DNA of 64,000 nucleotides from Yuukianura sp. NJ FZ-2021 (Eukaryota): NCBI GenBank assembly GCA_046563655.1, contig CM102286.1, positions 2,976,001 to 3,040,000 of the forward strand, read 5' to 3'. Shown piece by piece: positions 52,401 to 64,000 of this stretch (position 1 is its first letter; each line of letters starts with the position of its first letter). The notes under the pieces were generated by a model. It saw only the letters and a program-made list of their open reading frames with translations, ran no database searches and was not told where the DNA came from. The position numbers and the translations under genes were made by a program.

Positions 52401-53442
52401 TGGAGTGAAAGGGCGGCAGAAGATAAATTCGGTCCATTAGAAAGGCCTTGTTCCATTATTCAGAGATTCGCTTTCGAAGGGTTGGCAAAAAGCGAATGGG
52501 CGGAATAACGCTTAAAGTTGATTCCTTAAAATTTCTAGGTTTAGTCACCCTTTCTTTATGGAGAAAACAATCAGTTCCTTCCCTTTTAAAGAGCGTCTGA
52601 ATGACAGTTTCAGGTCAATCGGCTACTGACGGGAGGAGGCAATCCATCTGGAAGGATTCCAAGTATTCCATGGAGTACTCAATTCCAAATCTACTATTCA
52701 CGTCTTTTCTGTTCGGTTGCGGTGGCAGGAGGCGCTCAAGCTTGACTTTGGCGGCGGCAGATTTGAATTTGGCTCGACTTCCCGCCTTCCTCCTTTTCGG
52801 TTTTGACTTTGGTACAGTTTCAGTCCTTTTTCTAGTAAGGCGTGGATTTTGAAATGCGATAGAAAACCACAACTGCCATTCATTCTGCCTCCTTTGAAAA
52901 CTTTGTCTGGCGACTTCCAGCAGTAGTACTGTGTGGAGAGAGTCAACATCTGAATTCGGAATGAGCGTCTCTACTTGTCACTGTAAAAACAGCATGGACC
53001 CCAACCACCTTCAATTCTTCTGTCGTTTGTGGCTTTCACTGCGTGCATCACTTCCAAAATACAATAGAACTCATTTTAGCTACTAATGAGAATACAATTG
53101 ATTCAAATTTGGGAATTTAATTCACTTTGACACGACTGGTTTCCCGCTCAGACTCTAGAATTTCCAAAGTTGTTTTAAATTTTGACGCTTCATTTATTTG
53201 AATTTCACCAACTCTAAGTTTCACTTCAAAAACAGAAATCGAAGTTTCATGTTAGGCTTTTAGTTTTTAGGTAAAAACAGACAAACTGATTTTGGTAGTG
53301 CCAGTTTGGCTTGGCAGAAATTTTTACGTACTGACAAACAATTTGTTTAAAAGGAATTTATGAAGATGTTAATGCAACCTTTTTGTGCCAACTGAAACAT
53401 TTTGGGTCTTGCGTGGGAGCTCTTCGGTTCAAATTCTTGTAA

Positions 53443-56400
53443 AAAGTGAAAGCAGGAAAGGAAGAGAAAGTGCGTTTTAAGTATTTGCGTGCAAGACGTC
53501 CGTTTTCATGTGCCAAAAACGGGAGGATGTGGGATTTTTGCATCTTTGGAGTCCGTAGAGCGTGTCTCTGCATGTCTATGTCCAGACAAGACAAATGGAA
53601 CGTCGGAGCCCATTGGGTTATTCTGGAAGAAAGTGAAAGTAAAAGTTAGGCTAACCTAACGTAAAGTGAAAGGCAGAGGATCAGAGGGGCTCATGTAGAA
53701 GGGAATCCTCAAATTTCCCTTCCTTCCAGGAAATTACATTCCTCTACTGAATTGTTGTTGGACGGAAGGAATCCCCTTCGTGGCACACGCCAAACGAATC
53801 AAAGAACAAGACAGGTCATGGGGGCGGAGGTGGCTTTGGTGGAGCTAGACTTTCCGCTCTTTGAACTACAGTACACCACCCACAAAATTTCCAACCAAAG
53901 CAAATCTTTACTTTTCAAAATTTTCCCACGGGAGTTCAAAAGCACTCCCCACAGACACAATTCAAGATCCTTTAAAAGCATAAACACCAAAACAAAGCTG
54001 TTGTATTTAAAAAGGATTTATAAAATTTTGAAAACTTGAACACAAAAGAAATTTTCATTGTCATAAGAAATTTAACTGTCAAAATGCTTTGAAGGACTTA
54101 AAAGATTGACTTGTCTCAAATTCGAAGTCAACTTTTTTTTGTTTTCTTTTTTGAATTTTTGGAGAAATTTTATGCGCAAAAATAGTAAACTGATCTGACA
54201 TTTTTTCCTTAACTTTTTTTGCAAAACAACTTTGTTCATACTTTTAAAAGCTTGGAACCTTTGAAGAAAAGTGAAAGCTACGCTACCAAATAATTTCCTT
54301 TAGTTTTTCAATGTCAAAGGTTACCATTTTGTTAACTTAGGCGTTTTAGACACATTTTTGTGTAAAATCCAGCAGAGTTGTTTTTTTTGTTCTAAAAAGG
54401 AAGATAAATGAAAAACTTCTTGTTTGTCCAATCTTTCACAGAATCTAAAAAGGGTTTGGCCCAGTATCTTGACATTTTTTTGTTCTTTTTGTACTTTCAC
54501 TTCGTCAGGTTTTGACTTTTGAAATGGAAGCTTGGACTGACATAAAAGACTTTCTGCTTCTCTCTGGTAACAAATCAAGTTAAAATTAAAGGCAGAGGAC
54601 AGATCAGAGAAAGTGAAAGTGAGAAAGTGAAAGTCACTTGGACGACGTTTCTATGGCAAACTACTGTGAAGCTCTAGGAGTCCTTAGTAACCTAACCTAA
54701 CAGTTTTTTTAACCTACTTTTTTAGATCTTTCGCTGTAAAGTCACCTCTCACAAACGTCTATCCTTCACAAAGATCTTTTTCTACTTTTTTGTTTACTTT
54801 CAATTTCAGAGCCACACACTCTCACTCCCATTCCTTGTCCAGTGAAATCACTTGCTCCCACTTTCACTTTCTTTTTTCCCACTCCGAAATCTCAGTCAAA
54901 AAAAAAGAAAAGCGCGTGAAACGGTGAAGACTGAATTTGGAATTTAAAATAAACTTAGAACTTGAGTCTCGCTAGACTCGTTCCTTTCCAATTGATCTTT
55001 CTTTCTCTTTTCTTGCCTGTTCTCATCTTCTTTTCTGTTCCTTCGGACGTAATTTAATTCCCGCCAGAATTCAATTGAAGAACAAAAGGATGCTGCTCGA
55101 TGCTTCCAAAATCTTGAAATCCTTTTTGGAAAGTCCTGTTACAAAAGATAGTGGTGACGGTGGCATCATCGGAAGTCAACTCTTCGTCTCTTCCTGGAGG
55201 ACGCCTTCCAGGAAACAATTTTTGGAATCTAATGCGCGCCAAATTTTAAAATAGGATTTTACACTTCTTCTGATTTTGATTTTGAAAGGTTGATGGCTTC
55301 TGACCTTAAATCTTTTAAGCACAACGCCATTACTGACACATTGGCCTTACGCGCGTGTTTTCAAATTTTGACATTTGAAAGGAAAGTGCTAAATCGTGTT
55401 GGGATATTCCTGATTTTGCATCAAAACTGGGCGAAACCAGAATTTTGAAAACTTTCAATAAAATTGGCCGAATTTCCGTCTTGAAAATTTTGCGTATAAA
55501 CTCACTTTGCTAGGCAATTCTGATGAGAGCTTCTGCTTTTGTACAGTTTGCATAAATATTGAACGCTGAGAGTGAAAATTTACTTTGATGGTGATACTCT
55601 GAAACGGCCCGAAATCTTTTGAAGTTTGAATTCGTCCAAAAGTAAATTTTGCTTTCACCAGGATTATCTTATTTACAGAGTAAGGAATTCCGAACTTCCT
55701 TTTCAAACGGATCCCGAAGAGCCTCACACAAGCGTCGGATCCGTGTTTGTATATTGTACTATGACTTTCAAAAAACTTCCCGCGCCTTTTTTTCGTTTCA
55801 TCTGATCTTACCAGAACATTTTTTTTTCAAATAGAAACTCTCCTCCGTTTCTGTCAGGGAATGATGACAAAGTTTCCCGGTTTGACTCGAATTTTTCAAA
55901 GGAATGAAAAGAGCCTGTTTCCTTCTTTACTGGTGTGCTTCAGATTCCAAGGCTCATTTCCCTCCAAAACACTTCTCACTTTCCCTCTTCCGCTCAAGTT
56001 CCTCAAGGAATTGGAATTTCACTTTCACTTTTCCCGCTTTCACTTTAATTTTTAGTCAGACCACTGCACCACCGCTTCCCTTCTGCGTTAGGATTTTTGC
56101 CTAGCAAGAAAGCCATAGTAACCATCTGCCGCCGCAGAAAAATATCATCTCAGCTTCCCGGTTTTTTTTTTCAAATTTTTCGTTTTTTTTTACTGTTTCT
56201 GCGTCAACCAAAGGAATCGATCGCAAATATGCATTTTATGTTCGTCCTCCAATCAAATCCGGTCAGAGTCAAACGGCTACTTTACGATCGCAGCAGAAAG
56301 AGAAAGCAGAGAAAGCTAAGTTTATTTCCAGCGGTTAATTAAATGGAACCAACTCAAATTCGCCTAGTGCTGGTCAGAACTGTATCAAAGAGAAAGTTGA

Positions 56401-59400
56401 AGTAGAGAAAGCTGAAGTTGTGATGTGATAGATGCTATAATTGAACGTGGACTGAATAAATGATAAAATCATGTTGAAGGATCCATGTAAATGGGCTTGC
56501 GGAGAGCGGGAATTTATGGATGGGGGGTTTTGGGATGTCCCAACGATCCCCAAAATCGCTGTTGTGAAGACGAGATTGATGCTTCGGTTTGCTCGTTCAG
56601 CTTGCTGACTCGACGGACTTGGATTTTGATTCTGGAGTGAAATTTTGAAGCTCTTTCTCTTTGGGAAATTCTGTGGGATGAAGACAGTAGAAAGTGTGAG
56701 TGAATGAGGGTTTTATTGACCAGAAAGACTGGAGGTCTCGGAGGAGAACATTGCTTTTTGCTACTGGAAAAGACTGACTCTGACTCTCTTTTGTTTGACT
56801 TTGTAATCACGGCATAGTGTTACTCTGAGAAGGAGAAAATAGTGGCACAAAACTGACAGAGTGAAGCCAAATCAACGAACTGAAACGGAGAAATCAATTC
56901 ATTGTTTTAACCATTCAATCCTGTTAAATAATAATTCAAATCTGTTTCAATTTTGAAGCGAACACAAAATAAGAAACTCAAAATTAACAGAATCAGAAAT
57001 GATAAAAGCTACAAAATTTTAATTTTCCGGAAGATATTAAATTATTTGAAAACAAAATTTGGTTTAAGTTTTTTGAAAGTTAAGTAATGTGAATGTAGGG
57101 CGAGGCAAGTGAAAGACCTTTTTGGCAATATTTTTTTCCACGTGATTTGATACAGAAAACTGCTAATTAAAATTTTTCGCGCCAAAATGCGTGACCAATT
57201 ACTTGGAAGTTTAGAGCTGAATTTATTGAGCGAATTTGTCCATAAACAGCGTCCACTCAATTGGTTTACACCATTTGCAGTTACGACGGCTTTTCATGTA
57301 GTGTTGGACGCTACCAGTTTTTGGGATCATGGTCTTATGACCTCATTTTTCAGAAGATGAAAGGCTCCATGTTGTTGGGCAATCGACAAACAGAAATGGT
57401 TCTCTGACGTTGGTAAACTTGGTTGTGTTGCTGTTTGTTCTGTAAGTTGTCAAAAAAGAAGAGTTACAAACTAAAGCAAACTTCCGGCGTAAAGTTGGGC
57501 GGTGGTGGTGTGTTGGACGTCGATAAAAATGATTTCTATGACGTCTACCGCTTTCGACTCAAACCTCCTGCAGAGATCGAATGGATTTGGACTTGGCGTC
57601 TAAAAATAAAAGTTTTTAAGCCTTTTGGCCCACTACTGCTAAATTTCAATCCCCTTTGCGCCTAATCCTCCAAAAACAACTTTGGAGAAAGTGGGAAAAG
57701 TTTTATTTTATTTTATTTTTGGAAATTAGCGCCAAAGGTTCGCCCTTTGACCTCTTCCATAAAATCAAAAAGTTTCGGATTGAGCAACAAATCCAATTCT
57801 CATTTAACATCATTTCGCTTTTCTGTTAGTTTGGAAAACAGAGTTACAAACAACTTTTCGCCGCGCTACTACCACTAACCACCACCAGGGACTAACAAGT
57901 GTAAATGGTGACCGTGGGAATTGACGAAACTAGCGCCTTTGTTCGACATGTTTGGGCCAGACGGTGCCTAAACTATGTTCCCGCCTTTGTTCCTTATGTC
58001 TATTGACTTGAAAACGATAAACAACGTTCAACTTGTTTCCTCACTTTCTTTGCTTTCTCTTTCCACCAAAATCCTAGTCTTGGAATGAACGTGATTAGTT
58101 CCAAAATTTAGTTTTTCTTTCTCTTTTTTGGAAAAAGTTTTTAAGCGGGCGTTTTTTCTTTGAAAAAGGCCAATGGGAGAAACTAACTATGCACCACATT
58201 AGTCTTTGTTTAAATGGCTTTCACTTTCTCTTAATTCAAAACCATAAATCTACTGACTAACTACCTTTGGCTTTCTCTAATTACCAAAATTCTTAGCAAA
58301 TCACAAATCTTACCAAAAAACTAAAAAAAAAACTTGACTTATTATCTTCATCATGAAAATTTTCTTTTGAAAAGTTATTGAAACTAACCTAATTTAACTT
58401 TTCTAACGCAATATACCATTTTTTAAGAAAACTCTAAGAAAACGCAGAAAAGTTATCTTGAATAGAAATTCTGAAAAAAATGACAAAGTTGAAAAAATTT
58501 TAACGTCAAAGGTTAGGTGTAGGTGTTGAGTTCATGTTGGGGCTGAGATGAGTGAAATTTAAAGTTTGTAACTAAAAAAATTCTTCGTAACAATTTTCTT
58601 TTTCAAAATGTTATTTTTTTTCTTCACAAAGTTTTTGAATTGAAACGTTGATTGTACTGGTACACGGCAGATGAAGCTTTACAAGAACTTTTTTGAAGAT
58701 TAACTTTTTTTGCTTACCAAAAAAACGAAGTTTTTCATCTTCATTTTTTGAAGACTACCCCGCAAGCACAACATGATCCAGTAGGAGGGCAAGGGTTAAG
58801 GAGAAATAAATTATGAAAAGTTGGTTCCCATATATTATTACTTTTTCCGTTCCGTTAAAATTTTTATAAGGTTATAAACTCCTGTACTCGTTCAAATTTT
58901 CCATCCATGTTGCACAATTTTCGTTCGTGTTGTTCACCTGAAGGAAAACGGAGAGGGAGAAAGTGGATTTTTTTGAAAATTGAGCAGTGAAAAATTCTTA
59001 ATTTAAAAGCTGGCGCTTTATGCCTCCCACAAGCCAGAGGTTTTGCGTTCCATCTTCCAAGTTACTTTTGGTTTCCACCCTATCACTTCTGCAAGGAAGG
59101 CGGTAAATCTCAATGACTAGAGACACTTTCCAATTTGTCTTCATTAACCAAGGATTAACGATCTACGAACACCTCCACGCTCATCTAACATCGTTTCCTC
59201 GTTTTTGAAAATAGCTGTGTAGCTTTTATTGCTCACTTTTCCCGCTAAAGTTCAAATTTCAAACTGAAAATTTCTGGACCAGAACAGTTACCTGGTCAAG
59301 ACATCCTTCACTGCCAGAATTTCTTAGCAACTTTTGTTACAATTTTCACTTCTATTTTGTACTTTAGTTGAGACTATAAAATTAGGTTAAGTTTGAAATT

Positions 59401-62265
59401 TTTGACATGCTTTTCTGGAACTTTTGGAACATTTAAAACAAGTATTTTGTTGTTTTGTGTTTTAGATCTGTGGAGATGAGCTGCTCGTGCCAAATACTGT
59501 TCTGCCTAGGAGCATTTCTGAGGCTTCTACTAATTGCAGGTATGTTGAGAACTTGAGTTAACGGTGGGGGAAAATGAAAGTTTGAAGAGGTTTTGTTGGG
59601 TAGGAGAAAATGGAAACCACAGGAAGATTAAAACGAAGCATTTAATTTCATACTGAATCTCATAAATTGAGACTCACATAAAGTCAATGGCCTCTGTTCT
59701 AAATTCTGGAGCTCCAGTTAGTGGATCCTTATGCCCTTCTGGCCTTCTTCAGAAACCAACATCCACTCATCCTACTCCTCTGAAATCATTCTAGACATCC
59801 TACTCACAAGTATAATAGTAGTAGTAACCTCTCATCTCGTCAGTCTTCGTGGTTTTAGTACAATTTTAGACATCAATAGAAATTTTATCCTTTTACAGTT
59901 CACTAAATCTTGCCTATTCTGCACAAACTTATGGTTTTATTTCCACAATTCCAAATGTGCAACTGATGCTGAAGTGTTCGAAAGAAAAAGTAACTCTCAT
60001 TTCTGACGAAAACTACAAAAACTACTAAAAACTCCAGCAACTCTAGAAACGAGCATATCAAAGTTATAAATTTAGAAAAAGAAATTAGTCAAAAATTTGC
60101 GATTTTTTTAATACATTTTTTTTCTTTGTGATTCTATTTTAACAATCACTTTTTTTTCTATTTTTCGATTTCTTGTCCTTGTAATCGTTTTTATGCTTTT
60201 TGTGATAGATAATTTTGAAAATATCGACCATCGACTATGAAATTTTGAAATTCAAAGCTCATCTAAGTAGAATGCACATGCCTACTCAATTCTCTTTAAA
60301 TTTCTGACTCGATTTGAAAACTGTGAGTGTAAAAAACGAATTTGGTTGAAATTGCATGTATCACACTCACATTTCCATGTTTTGAAATTTGTTCAAGTTG
60401 GCGTGTGTCTATGTCTTGATAAAATCCAAGTAATTTTCTTCCACATCGATTCCAATTTGAGACTTTCTTTCTCTTTTCATCCTTCCGCGCCACTTTCACT
60501 TTCCTTCCTCCCGTCTTCACTTTCACTTTTTAATCTCCCACTCTCATCACTCCCCTTCCCCTCCGCAAGACAAAGCCCTCCTCACCGTGTTCAGCTTAGT
60601 GTTTCCCAGCTCCTGTGCTTTGCGAACTGTTGGCTGTGAATGAGGTTTTAATTAAAAGTTGATGCTTTTATTTGATATGAGAGTGAAGCAAAAAGAGAAG
60701 AAAAGGAGACAGAAAATAATTGTAGAGGTAAAGAGAAAGCAAGGGAAAGTGCGACTTTGTTGTTGTTTTCAACCGGAGAAAACTCAATTGGTTTCGTGCG
60801 GTTCTGTCTGCTCGCTGCCTAACGTAACGCCCAATGCACGGACGCTGGGAAAGTAAGAGCGGCAAAAGAAAGTTTTGTCTCGAGTGCTTTCATTTCCTGG
60901 ATTAAAACTTTCTTCTCACTTTCCTTCAATAAGTGACGCAAAGGTTAGGCTTATATGTTTGTAGATACGAAACCGAATATCACTTTCCGAAAAAAAAGTA
61001 CTTTCACACAAACACAATGCCATTGGCGGATCAAAAAAAAAAGGCGAGAAAGTGTGGGAAAAGTTTGAATTTGAAAAAAAGAAGATTAAAGAAAATGTTG
61101 TCGTCGATTGATTATTTCAAAGGGAAAAGTCTTGTCACAGCACTACTTTACTATTTTTTCTATACTTTCTCCAGATCTATCTTAGCTTAACCTAACATTT
61201 CTACTCGAAAGAACAGTGAAAGTCAGACAGGATAAACAGGGAAATAGTTATTCTTAGGAAGTCTGTGATTGATCGAAGTAGATTTCCTTGGACGCATTCC
61301 CAATCAATCCTCGTAAGAATTCGACAAGAGCCCTTAGCCAAACCAAAGTAATTAGGGTTTCCGTCCTCTCTTTTCTAAAAGTTAACTTTCACTAGAGAAA
61401 CTTTACGTTAGAAAAGTTCCAGACCATTAGGCCAAAACCACTACGGTGGCGGCGGGAAAATTTGAAGTTGGCCTATTAGGTCCTGCTGCTGCTTGGTTTT
61501 GGAGAGCCGTGAAGTATGGACTTGACGGGGGAATGGTCTTGTTATAGTGTGTGACAAGTGACATTCCTTGGCTCATCACGACCAACTCAAGTACAGACGG
61601 CAGGAAATTGAAATGCCTCGATTCTATTTTGTATTAAGGTTTATGGTATAAGAATGGAAGGGCTCAATTGAGCTTGACGAAGGAGATTTTTAGATGAAAA
61701 GAAGGAGCTTCATGCCGGAAATTGGTGCTTGAGAAAATTTTCCAGCTTTTTTCATAACTCTGGAGACACCGTGTATCTGTCAGATACAAGTAGAACCAGA
61801 TGAGTCTCCTAGAATTTATTGAAGGTGGCTCAAAATATAAATCTTTTCTTGTTAAACTCTTTTTACTCCAAACAATCTAAAACCTTTCAAAAAAACTTGC
61901 TCAAATTTTAAAATTTTAAAAACAAAATCAAAATCGTGCAAAGGTCACAGGTAGAAATACAAGAAAAAAAAATGTTCAACCTAACGTGAAATCTTTTTTT
62001 AGTTGAGATATTTTAAAACAAAATCTTCAACTAGTTCAAAAAAGTTTCACAAATTTCAAATAGTTCAGAATGTTATGCCAGGATAAGATTGATTGAAATT
62101 TCAAAATTGAAGTTGACTTTGTAAATTTCAAAATTTGCCTTTGCTTTGGATGAGATTTTGAAATCTTTGTGAATGTTAAGTGACTTTGAAGTCTTTTAGG
62201 TTATCCAAACGTAGTTCTATCATTAATAACCTGCCAAAATATGAAGTCAAAGCGAAAGTGAAAGT
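53443..62265. promoter_or_regulatory. Cluster of AAAGTGAAAG motifs (Blimp-1/PRDM1-type consensus)
   Basis: 13 copies counted by eye on both strands, starting at 53443, 53630, 53663, 54268, 54610, 54624, 54861, 56022, 56037, 58218, 60493, 60520 and 62255. Confidence 0.55.
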
Positions 62266-63303
62266 GAACATGACGCAAGCTCCCGTGACTCTGCAATTTC
62301 AAAAAACGACGTTTCGTAAGTAGTATTTGAAATGGATATGAAAATCTGATTCGGAGTTCAATTGGACACAAATCTGATTTGGCCATAGGAAATTTTGCTA
62401 GAGGGGGAGACCAGCCTATAGTAGCATTCCTTAGCCTAGGCAAATCGAATGGAGAAAGTATGTCGGCCCATTTCCGTCCCTTCTGAGTATTCCATTTCCC
62501 AATTCATTTCTATTAAACTCCATTTCAATTTCTTCCTGCTCTTTCTTCCTCATTTTTTGCAAAGTGGTTTCATCTTGCTCTAAGATCCGGGTATTTTGAG
62601 TATTCGGAACAGACCGAAAGTGGTTGAAGTAAAAAAAAAGTGGAAGCGGGAGAAATTAAATTGTTCAGCTGAGAGGAGCGTATAGTACACTGCAAGTCTG
62701 GAGGGCTTCAAGATTTGCTTTAACATTCCCGGGTTTCGTATCTTATCACTTTCCTTGGCTATGGTATATGGATCCCTTAGCATTTCGTAGTGGTTACGGA
62801 CGAGTGCGGAGCACATGGATCTGGAGTCTCATGTTACCCCGTACCAGATTTCCAATAAATTCTGAACCTCCAGTTTCTGAAGCAGAACCAGAACTTCTCT
62901 TAGCTTGGGAAGTTTCCCTGGGGGAAAAGCTGGAATTCTCACTTTTCTATGGTTTAGGTTACCAGAAAAAGCTTAAGGTAGAATTTGTGTTATGCCATCC
63001 AGAAGAAAACGTAGAAAGCTTCCACGGGGTAATAATTACTCCTAAAACTGCTCCCTATGCTTTCTCCAACTGTTGCATAACCAAAATAGTTCGAAATTCT
63101 TGAAGTTACGTATAGACAAAAAGTGTTTTAAAACGATTTTAAAATCCATTTCTATGCAATTCCTAATTAACTTTATTTGAGTAATAGTTCTAATTTTTTT
63201 CCAGGAAGTTTCACATTGACAGCAAGTGGATACTCAGAAGATGGCAGAAGCGCAGCGCGTTTTTACGATCCGTTCAATCCAACTGGGCACTCATACGATA
63301 GAG
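59476..63303 (+). CDS. First two coding exons of a secreted or membrane protein gene continuing beyond the window
   Basis: Exon 59466-59539 (ATG 59476, MSCSCQILFCLGAFLRLLLIA, phase-1 GTATG donor) joins exon 63205-63303 (TTTTTTTCCAG acceptor, GSFTLTASGYSEDGRSAARFYDPFNPTGHSYDR, GTGAGT donor). Confidence 0.55.
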
Positions 63304-64000
63304 GTGAGTTTTAATTTATAATTTGTGTCAAAATTTATAATTTATTAGTTTTAATTTTGAATTTTTGCTGAAAAAAAAGTTTTTCTGGTGATATAAAAAA
63401 ATAAATAGACACAACCTTACATATATGAAGCTTCACTTTTAAAGTTGCGACGTGCCATTCGTTTTGAACTTTGTTTTGAATTTTTGGAAGGACGCCGAGA
63501 CAATTTTGGATTTCCAGAAAAGTTTGCAAAAGTTTCCGTTTTTGGTTTCAAATTTAGATGACCGTTGACCTTTGCTTAGAGCTTTTTGATCCAACGAGTA
63601 CAAGCAAAAGTTTTCAACTTTTTTGAGAATGGGACTTTGATGAGGGTGTATTTGTGGTTTGTTGAACAAAAGGGAGGAACAATTTTTGAATTTTTGGCGC
63701 GAGGCTGAGGCTATCCGGGTTTCTTTTTCTGGCGGGAGTTGAATAAAAGTTTGAAATGGATAAAGGGAAAAGTTTTGTTTGTCCCAAAAGTCCTCTTCTC
63801 CTACACAAAAACTGACCGCTGAATTATTGACAACCTAACTTAAACCTACCCTAACTTTTACAAGTTTAAGTTTCAGGCTTTCTCGCTGTCCAAATTTCTT
63901 ATCCAACGAAAAACCTTTTTGGTGTTTTGTTCTAATTAGGCTCTAACCCCAAGAGAACTTCCAGAACCAGACTGAACAGGAGATTTCCAGTATTAAAGGA

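Noticed and set aside
52186..52980. Coding-looking minus-strand ORFs (KFKSAAAKVKLERLL; IPAIEVT resembling a PxIxIT motif; frame stays open after the TGA at 52615; TAATG stop/start overlap)
   Set aside because: No convincing start or splice sites link the pieces and no family is recognisable; a readthrough or pseudogene model cannot be supported without RNA data.
54687..54701. TAACC/TTAGG telomere-like repeats here and at about 1961 and 53650
   Set aside because: Only 2-3 units each and scattered; not a telomeric array.
61730..61774. Mariner-like TIR end (GGAGACACCGTGTA)
   Set aside because: No partner inverted repeat or transposase found nearby.
49500..64000. Numerous 60-110 aa ORFs in the track
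   Set aside because: Low-complexity F/K/L-rich translations of AT-rich non-coding DNA with no motifs or splice support.
1..64000. tRNA, rRNA, snoRNA or miRNA genes
   Set aside because: None recognised by eye; tRNAscan-SE and Infernal/Rfam would be needed to exclude them.

Overview
Gene-dense, AT-rich eukaryotic (animal) genomic DNA with short GT-AG introns, mostly about 55-120 nt. The gene mix (divergent GR-like and IR-like chemoreceptors, signal-peptide SEC14 protein, secreted beta/gamma-crystallin-like protein) suggests a non-insect hexapod such as a springtail; this is inference only. Bases 1-49.5 kb hold about 22 genes: a GR-type receptor, TBC1D19, a kinesin-6, a C2H2 zinc-finger gene, a divergent Six4-like homeobox gene, a SAM methyltransferase, a fungal/bacterial-type DOPA 4,5-dioxygenase with a signal peptide, two pairs of tandem secreted-protein paralogues, a calmodulin-like gene, a SEC14-like gene, an apparently catalytically dead aldo-keto reductase, an ABCB6-like transporter and a divergent ionotropic receptor. 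Not visible in the ORF track is a complete two-exon knottin (ICK) peptide gene nested antisense in a TBC1D19 intron. Three non-autonomous inverted-repeat elements are present. Bases 49.5-64 kb are mostly non-coding, with the first two coding exons of a secreted-protein gene and a dense cluster of AAAGTGAAAG motifs. Gene models were spliced by eye and no database search was run.
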